Origin: a virus
Virus record (IMG/VR): IMGVR_UViG_3300033273_000550
Location: 38,013 to 102,012 of that record
Reading direction: 5' to 3' (one strand)
Length of the DNA stretch: 64,000 nt
The stretch's first letter is position 1; each line of letters starts with the position of its first letter. Of this stretch, positions 37,644-44,232 are shown one piece after another. The notes beneath the pieces were generated by a model. It did not search any database. It was given only the letters and a program-made list of their open reading frames with translations, and was not told where the DNA came from. Both the position numbers and the translations under genes were made by a program.

Positions 37644-38281
37644 AATATATAAGTATACTTTTACTAGCTTTATTAGCTACCAGTTGTGGTACATATATGA
37701 TTTCTACAAAAAATTCAATAAAGATAGAAAAAGTATTAACTATAACATCAACTGGGGATACTTTAGCAGTACCGTTAAAACAGTTTCAAAAATATAATTA
37801 TAATAATGTTTTTGACAATTATAGATTTAATTCCTTTAACTACGGATTTTATAATTGGTATAGTCCTTATAATTGGAATTTTCTGTATAGCCCGAATAGT
37901 TGGTACTATAGAGATTGGTACTATAAACCACCTATTTATAACAATAACACATCTATCTTAAAGGAAAGAAGGTATTACGTAAATCCTGATCCAGTAAAAG
38001 GTAGAAGAGGAAGTAATAATTTTAGAACTAATAATAATAACGATGATAAGAATATCAGACTTAATCCTAGAAGCATCGAATCGCCCGAAGGCGGTAATAA
38101 TGGCTGGAGGGGCAGGAGCAGGGAAGACTTATTTACTAAACCAGTTGTCCCTGGACTCTCTAACCCAGTTCAACCCGGACAAATACGTCGAGGATCCAGA
38201 CCATCCGTACCACAACAATCTAGGGGCAGCCAGTCGTCAAGTGGACAAGGACGTGGATCAAGCAGCGGACCAAGGAATTAG
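37640..38281 (+). CDS. Lipoprotein with Tyr/Trp/Asn-rich region and disordered RGS tail
   Basis: Signal peptide ending LATSC; tail overlaps the next gene by 239 nt. Confidence 0.65.
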   Translation: MKYISILLLALLATSCGTYMISTKNSIKIEKVLTITSTGDTLAVPLKQFQKYNYNNVFDNYRFNSFNYGFYNWYSPYNWNFLYSPNSWYYRDWYYKPPIYNNNTSILKERRYYVNPDPVKGRRGSNNFRTNNNNDDKNIRLNPRSIESPEGGNNGWRGRSREDLFTKPVVPGLSNPVQPGQIRRGSRPSVPQQSRGSQSSSGQGRGSSSGPRN

Positions 38282-38987
38282 TTTTGTTTGGGATACCACT
38301 GCTTCTGGTAAAAAATTTGATGAAAACTTAAACAAACTTCTAAGCAAGAAGTATGACGTTTATATGGTGATGGTGTATACTCACCCAATGATTTCTTATA
38401 TTTCAAACTTTACCAGAGATTCTGAAAGAAATGTTCCTGCTGCATCGGTATTTTCAACTTGGAGAAATGCATACCAAAAAATAGGTGAATTAAATAAAAA
38501 ACTTGGAGGTAATTTATCTATTCATGTAAATGATAGAGGAGGTAAATTCGAGAAAGAAATTAACGGTTTTAATACTGCCGCTAAAAATGGAGTAGAGGGA
38601 ATAAAAGATTATTTAAAAGCTTATAATGAAAAGACAGGCTACGGTAAATCTTCATTCTTTAAACCTGTTGAAATGTCTAAAGAAGAAGAAGATGAATTCG
38701 TGAAAGCTATTCAAGGTATAGATTATGATAAAGATAATCGCTCTGAAGATAAAGCTATGAAAAATGCTTTTTTAAAGAGTTATAGAAAAATCGGTACCGG
38801 ACCTGGAGATGATAAAATGAGAGATGCTTTAAAAAAGTATAGAGATAATAAGGAAAAAAGAGATAAAGATAATGACGCAGTTTTAGAAAGCATTGCCGAA
38901 ATGTTATTTAGTCCTATGTTTCAAGAACTATTAGTACACTCTTCACCTCAAGAAATTGATTCTAAAGTACAGTCATTCTTAGCATGA
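38043..38987 (+). CDS. Zeta-toxin-like P-loop kinase
   Basis: GGAGAGKT, NPD and WDTT motifs; MIRISDLILE leader. Confidence 0.8.
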   Translation: MIRISDLILEASNRPKAVIMAGGAGAGKTYLLNQLSLDSLTQFNPDKYVEDPDHPYHNNLGAASRQVDKDVDQAADQGISFVWDTTASGKKFDENLNKLLSKKYDVYMVMVYTHPMISYISNFTRDSERNVPAASVFSTWRNAYQKIGELNKKLGGNLSIHVNDRGGKFEKEINGFNTAAKNGVEGIKDYLKAYNEKTGYGKSSFFKPVEMSKEEEDEFVKAIQGIDYDKDNRSEDKAMKNAFLKSYRKIGTGPGDDKMRDALKKYRDNKEKRDKDNDAVLESIAEMLFSPMFQELLVHSSPQEIDSKVQSFLA

Positions 38988-39058
38988 AAAAAATAAAAGA
39001 TATATTTTGGGAGTATTGGATTAGACCATGGAGCCCATCAGCACCAAAAACAATATGA
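38984..39058 (+). CDS. 24-aa Trp-rich coupling peptide, not in the ORF track
   Basis: ATGA overlaps at both ends. Confidence 0.45.
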   Translation: MKKIKDIFWEYWIRPWSPSAPKTI

Positions 39059-40269
39059 TAGCACTATACCCAGGGGCATATAAACCACCTCATAGAGGTC
39101 ATTTTGAAGTTGCTAAAGCACTACTTAGTGGTGGCTTCAAAGGTAAAGTATACGATGTTGATGACTATATAGCTGTTGGCAATAAAGTTCTACAGGGTGA
39201 ATCTGATAAACTTGAAGATATAGATAAGGTTATTATCTTTATAGGAGGACAGGAAAGAAACGGTATTAACGCAGAGTTATCTAAAAACGTATGGGAGATA
39301 TATAAAAAATATTTACCTAACATAGAGATAGTAGTAGGAGATAAGAATCCAATGATGGAGGCTAAAAATTACGCTAAAGCTCATCCATCTGAGAAGTTTT
39401 ATGCCGTAACTGGTATAAGAGAAACTGATGATTTAGTTGACTTAAGAAGAGTAACAACTTTTAAAAATAGAGAAAATGTAGACGGGTTAGTTATTACTTC
39501 CCCTCATACACAAACTATTAGAGCTACTAATTTTAGAAGTTCTATTTTAAGCGGTAATTTAGATAGAATCAGAGAATTTTTTCCTGAAGAACTATCTAGT
39601 GAAGAAATTTTAAAAATATTAAACATGTTAAAAGCTAGTATAGTTGCTGAAGATTTAAATAAAAAGATAGAAAGTACTATCTTAAATTTATTTGAAGAAA
39701 AAGAAGTTAAGGAAAATAACGGTGGTGCCCCTATAGCTCCTAGATCTGTTTTAAAATCTAAAGATAGAGCTCACTTAATAACTTTATATAAGAGAATAAA
39801 AAATCAAATAGGCTCAGACAATGTAGAAGTATCTTTTCATAATGATCACGTAAAAGTATCTCTTAAAGATGAATACAATAGTCATAATTTTGACTATACA
39901 CCTTTTATGGGTTCTATACTAGAGTATATGCTTGATCAGAAAATGAATATTACTCCATTACCTGAAATAAAAATAAAAAGAGATTTAAAAGAAGCATCTA
40001 ACTTCTTTGGAAGAACAGCATACTACAACCCAGAAATAAAAGAGGTAGTTCTTTATACTGAAGGTAGACACCCAAAAGATGTTATGAGGTCTTTCGTTCA
40101 TGAAATGATTCATCATATTCAAAATTTAGAAGGTAGATTAAAATCATACGGTACCACTAATACTAATGAAGATGAAGAATTAGTTGAAATAGAGAAAGAA
40201 GCATACATGCTTGGTAATATTACATTTAGAAATTGGGAAGATAAAATTAAAAATGAAGGTTATGAATAA
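39055..40269 (+). CDS. HxGH nucleotidyltransferase-like domain fused to HExxH metallopeptidase-like domain
   Basis: PGAYKPPHRGH and IRATNFR; HEMIHH...E.EA. Confidence 0.75.
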   Translation: MIALYPGAYKPPHRGHFEVAKALLSGGFKGKVYDVDDYIAVGNKVLQGESDKLEDIDKVIIFIGGQERNGINAELSKNVWEIYKKYLPNIEIVVGDKNPMMEAKNYAKAHPSEKFYAVTGIRETDDLVDLRRVTTFKNRENVDGLVITSPHTQTIRATNFRSSILSGNLDRIREFFPEELSSEEILKILNMLKASIVAEDLNKKIESTILNLFEEKEVKENNGGAPIAPRSVLKSKDRAHLITLYKRIKNQIGSDNVEVSFHNDHVKVSLKDEYNSHNFDYTPFMGSILEYMLDQKMNITPLPEIKIKRDLKEASNFFGRTAYYNPEIKEVVLYTEGRHPKDVMRSFVHEMIHHIQNLEGRLKSYGTTNTNEDEELVEIEKEAYMLGNITFRNWEDKIKNEGYE

Positions 40270-40807
40270 AAGTTTAGTAGATTTATTAGAAGCTTATCCT
40301 ATACAGGAAGAAAAAGAAAAACCACCGTATCAAATATATTGCGATATGGATGGAGTGTTAACTGATTTTGAAAAAAGATTTGAACACTTTACAGGTAAGT
40401 CACCAAAAGAATACGAATCAGAATTTGGATTAGAACAATTTTGGCATTTAATTGATGTGAAGATTGGTGTAAGATTTTGGGTGGGTATGGACTGGATGCC
40501 GGAAGGCAAAAGGTTATGGGATTTTATTAAACCCTATCAACCTCATCTTCTTACTTCTCCTTCTAGAGATAACACTTCTAGATTAGGAAAAAACTTATGG
40601 GTTAAAAATAATCTTAATCCTAAACCTAAAACTATTTTTGCATATTCTGCTGATAAGCAGAGATATTCACAAGAAAATGCTATATTAATAGATGATAAGA
40701 AATCTAATATAAACGAATGGGCAGCTAAAGGCGGTATAGCTATTAGATGTAAAGATGGTAATGTAGAACACGTAATAAATAAATTAAAAGAATTAGGATA
40801 TGAATAA
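40262..40807 (+). CDS. HAD-family 5'(3')-nucleotidase-like phosphatase
   Basis: DMDGVL, LTSP, K..W and LIDD motifs; MNKSLVDLLE leader. Confidence 0.85.
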   Translation: MNKSLVDLLEAYPIQEEKEKPPYQIYCDMDGVLTDFEKRFEHFTGKSPKEYESEFGLEQFWHLIDVKIGVRFWVGMDWMPEGKRLWDFIKPYQPHLLTSPSRDNTSRLGKNLWVKNNLNPKPKTIFAYSADKQRYSQENAILIDDKKSNINEWAAKGGIAIRCKDGNVEHVINKLKELGYE

Positions 40808-40967
40808 ATTATACAGATTTCCTAAAAAAGGATACATAGGGGGCGTATGTCATGGACTTGGTGTACATACTGGCGTTGATCCAATTCTTTGGAGAGTATT
40901 AGCAATCTTTGGAGGTTTTGGATTAATCTACCTTTTACTATGGATCTTTCTTAAAAAAGGAGAGTAG
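40800..40967 (+). CDS. pspC: PspC-domain membrane protein, not in the ORF track
   Basis: KLYR.....IGGVCHGLG...G.D....R........G.IYL.LWI. Confidence 0.8.
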   Translation: MNKLYRFPKKGYIGGVCHGLGVHTGVDPILWRVLAIFGGFGLIYLLLWIFLKKGE

Positions 40968-40969
40968 TT

Positions 40970-41551
40970 ATGAGTAAAGAATCGTTACTTAAAAAAGAAT
41001 TTAAAGAAGCAGATATACAAAGAGTTAGAAATATAGTTAATAAAGACTTTACTTCTGCTACTAAAATACAATCAGGTTACCGTAAAGAAACTAAAAGATA
41101 TAAAGAAGGCGATGTATGGGAAGAGTCTGGAAAAACTTGGACTATTAAAAACGGCCTTAAACAAAACATTACTAAGCTAGACGCAGCTAAAAAAGCTTTA
41201 AGAATACCTCTTACATGTCCTAAATGTGGCGGTCCTATGGAACATTGGTTAGCTAAAAAAATGTATAAAATACATGGCTTTTGTTTCGATCCTTGTGTAG
41301 TAGAATACGAAGCTAGTCTTAGAAAAGCAGGTTTATACGAACAGTACGAAAAGAGAATGATTACAGGTAATATCTCTGAGTTTGTCGACGATATTGAAAG
41401 ATGGATACTAGACTCAGTTGACGATAAACATACTTTTGTAACAGAAGCCGGTGATGTAGAAGACTGGGGAGGGATGTCAAATACTACAAGAGAAAAAATA
41501 CTAAAAGACCTATCCGATTATACTAGTACCATCCGTAAGCATATTTCTTGA
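40970..41551 (+). CDS. Conserved phage protein with Zn-ribbon
   Basis: GDVWEE.GK.W; CPKC...CF..C. Confidence 0.65.
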   Translation: MSKESLLKKEFKEADIQRVRNIVNKDFTSATKIQSGYRKETKRYKEGDVWEESGKTWTIKNGLKQNITKLDAAKKALRIPLTCPKCGGPMEHWLAKKMYKIHGFCFDPCVVEYEASLRKAGLYEQYEKRMITGNISEFVDDIERWILDSVDDKHTFVTEAGDVEDWGGMSNTTREKILKDLSDYTSTIRKHIS

Positions 41552-41574
41552 TATTTATATAAAAATATATTTTA

Positions 41575-41934
41575 ATGGCTACACAAAAAGAGGTATTAGA
41601 ATCGCTTTTATCCGAAATCAAACATATAAAAAATCATATGCCGAATGGAGAGCTCAAGACCATGCAAAGGGATTTGTGTGCTATGAAAGAAGATATATCC
41701 GATTTAAAATACACATTACTTAACCCAGACGATGGAGTAATCGTTAGTACAAATAAAAACACAGATTATAGATTAGAACTACAGGCAAACGAAAAAGATT
41801 TTCGTGGCAATATGTTAGAACTAGAAGAATTAAAAAGATGGAAAAATGGAGTTAATAAAGCTCTATGGATCATTTTTGGTTCATTAGTAGCAATTGTAGT
41901 TCGAATATTAATAATGCATTCTGATAAAGTATGA
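41575..41934 (+). CDS. Coiled-coil protein with C-terminal TM (holin-like candidate)
   Basis: Single C-terminal TM; TATTTAT upstream. Confidence 0.45.
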   Translation: MATQKEVLESLLSEIKHIKNHMPNGELKTMQRDLCAMKEDISDLKYTLLNPDDGVIVSTNKNTDYRLELQANEKDFRGNMLELEELKRWKNGVNKALWIIFGSLVAIVVRILIMHSDKV

Positions 41935-42380
41935 CGAACGAGCAGATACATAAACTTACATTAGAATCACTTCGAGACTGGTTTAAAAAAGAAAAATGGG
42001 TGCGCATTACAACTTCTGGTAATATAGCAGGTGATTGTGGCACCAGTAAAAATAAAAAGAACCCAGACCGCTGTCTACCAAAAGCTAAAGCACAGTCTTT
42101 ATCTAAAGCAGAAAGAGCAGCAACAGCTAGAAAGAAAAAAGCAGCCGGTTCAAAAGGAAAGACTGTCGTGGCAAATACAAAAAAAGCAAAAGTAACTAGA
42201 GAGGATATTAAAAACCTAGTAGTTGGATTAATTCACGAAATGCAAAACGAAAACACTATCATGGAAAAAGATGATAGATGTACTCGAATTGCTAAACAGA
42301 AATACGATACCTGGCCATCAGCTTATGCTTCAGGTGCAGTAGTAAGATGTAGAAGAGGAGAAATCTGGAAAAAGAAATAA
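41931..42380 (+). CDS. Basic two-module putative head protein
   Basis: LRDWFK.EKW..C..RCLP and D.C...AK.KY..WPSAYASG modules separated by x-x-E linkers. Confidence 0.6.
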   Translation: MTNEQIHKLTLESLRDWFKKEKWVRITTSGNIAGDCGTSKNKKNPDRCLPKAKAQSLSKAERAATARKKKAAGSKGKTVVANTKKAKVTREDIKNLVVGLIHEMQNENTIMEKDDRCTRIAKQKYDTWPSAYASGAVVRCRRGEIWKKK

Positions 42381-43634
42381 ATGAAACTAACCCAGCTTAT
42401 ACTCGAAGGGATTGTATATAGCAAACCTAACTTTAATCATGAGTGGGAAGAAGCTATACGATATCCTGAGTTTAAGGAAATGGGTAAAGATAGTTGGATT
42501 GAAATAGCAAATAAAGGCTATGTTACAACCTACTCTAAAATATCAGATGAATTAGGAAATGTAGATCTAAATTTTGTTGACTTAGAAGCACAGAAAAAGT
42601 ACCGATTTTTAGATGCTTATAATAAAGGTACAGTCGAAATGCCTATTGCTGTTAAGTTTTCTGACACAGATTACGACCTTGTAGCAGGTAATACTAGATT
42701 AGCAGGATTAGTACGGTATGGAATTGATCCTAAAATTTGGATTGTAGATTTATCTGATTTGCAAGAAAACTACGTTTTACAAAATTTAGAAAATAAATTC
42801 GATATTGATTTAGATTTACACGATGACGGTAAAGCTTTAACTCTTAGTAGAATTGTAATTCCAAAAGATAAAAGAGGACAAGGTATAGGTTCAAAAGTAA
42901 TGAATCTTATTACTCAATATGCAGATGCTCAAAATAAACCAATCTATTTAACACCTTCAAAAGATTTTGGTGCAACATCAACAGGTAGGTTAGAGCAGTT
43001 CTACAAGCAGTTTGGGTTTAAAAAGAAAGATAAATCTGACTTCTCAACCAGAGAAACAATGGTTAGAGAACCTCAAATCTCAGAAAACTACTCTGAACTT
43101 GAACAGTATAGGAAGTTAATACTTAAACAACTTATAGATTCAAAAATAGGCAAACAGATAAGAAATGCAGTTGAAGATAAAGTTGGAAAAGAAGCTGTAG
43201 AGGGAGTTTATATAATAGGATCTGTGTTAGATTCAAAAAAATTTCATGAAGAAAGCGATATAGACATAGCGGTGCTTATAAATGTTCCTAATATGGATAA
43301 GGGGACTAATGAAAAAATAAGCTATGAACTCTCCCAAACATATTCAATTCCAGATGGAGGTTTTGTTGATATATCTATATGGAATAGATCCAAACCTTTA
43401 GGGAAGATGGTAAAACTTAAAGAAAGGGAATACAATAAAAAAGTATCTGATTTTAAAGAAAACTACGCCGACGGTAAAGTAAAAGGAAAATCTAGACCCG
43501 GTAGAGTTAAAAGATCAGGAGCATCATGTAAAGGCTCAGTCTCCGACCTAAGAGCGAAAGCTAAAAAGTACGGAGGTGAGAAAGGAAAAATGTACCACTG
43601 GTGTGCGAATATGAAAGGTGGTAAGAAAAAATAA
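42381..43634 (+). CDS. Polyvalent protein: ParB-like + GNAT + minimal nucleotidyltransferase + basic tail
   Basis: PIAV..LVAGNTRL; RGQGIG..FYKQFGF; GS....SDIDI; ENY junctions. Confidence 0.8.
   Translation: MKLTQLILEGIVYSKPNFNHEWEEAIRYPEFKEMGKDSWIEIANKGYVTTYSKISDELGNVDLNFVDLEAQKKYRFLDAYNKGTVEMPIAVKFSDTDYDLVAGNTRLAGLVRYGIDPKIWIVDLSDLQENYVLQNLENKFDIDLDLHDDGKALTLSRIVIPKDKRGQGIGSKVMNLITQYADAQNKPIYLTPSKDFGATSTGRLEQFYKQFGFKKKDKSDFSTRETMVREPQISENYSELEQYRKLILKQLIDSKIGKQIRNAVEDKVGKEAVEGVYIIGSVLDSKKFHEESDIDIAVLINVPNMDKGTNEKISYELSQTYSIPDGGFVDISIWNRSKPLGKMVKLKEREYNKKVSDFKENYADGKVKGKSRPGRVKRSGASCKGSVSDLRAKAKKYGGEKGKMYHWCANMKGGKKK
42751..43467 (+). repeat. 24-bp direct repeat pair (22/24 identical) flanking the GNAT and NTase domains
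   Basis: TATCTGATTTgcAAGAAAACTACG at 42751-42774 and TATCTGATTTtaAAGAAAACTACG at 43444-43467; core AGAAAACTAC also at 43082-43091. Confidence 0.85.
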
Positions 43635-44191
43635 TGTTCCGATCAGATCTAATTCCTCATTTAGATTTTCACAAAGGGTACTGGTTTAAGTCTACATCTA
43701 GTAATTGGTACTACTTCAAAGAACTTCCTAGAGACTATAAACTAAGTCCTTATTTTAATTATACGTACATAGACGATGATTTATTAGGTATTGTAAAATA
43801 TCTGCATAAAAATAACATATACACTACACCTTCATGCTCTGGCCATAATTATACAAAAGAGCATTTTCAAATGACATATAGGAGTATTAAAGCTGAAGAA
43901 AAAATTATTCAAACTAAAGGACTACCCTTAATTAATACAGAGACATTACAAAAAGAGATCTTTTTAGATAAAAATTATACTTTTAAATATACAGAAGAAG
44001 AATTTATTAATCTTGCCGTACCTTACTCTTCTATAGGAATTTTAGGAATTCAAGGAGATTTTTCATATCTTAAGGATATAGTTAATTTAGAAATAACGAA
44101 AGATAGAGATATTACATTGGTTAAAGTGATCAATGACAATAAAAACACATGGAAATCAATAGAGTCTAAGCTCCTAAGTATTTCGAGATAG
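43634..44191 (+). CDS. Hypothetical protein with Tyw3-like T..SCSGH motif
   Basis: ID..L..IV..L...IYTTPSCSGH. Confidence 0.45.
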   Translation: MFRSDLIPHLDFHKGYWFKSTSSNWYYFKELPRDYKLSPYFNYTYIDDDLLGIVKYLHKNNIYTTPSCSGHNYTKEHFQMTYRSIKAEEKIIQTKGLPLINTETLQKEIFLDKNYTFKYTEEEFINLAVPYSSIGILGIQGDFSYLKDIVNLEITKDRDITLVKVINDNKNTWKSIESKLLSISR

Positions 44192-44232
44192 CAATCTATT
44201 TATTTATATACGTATATAAAACTCGCTTATAA

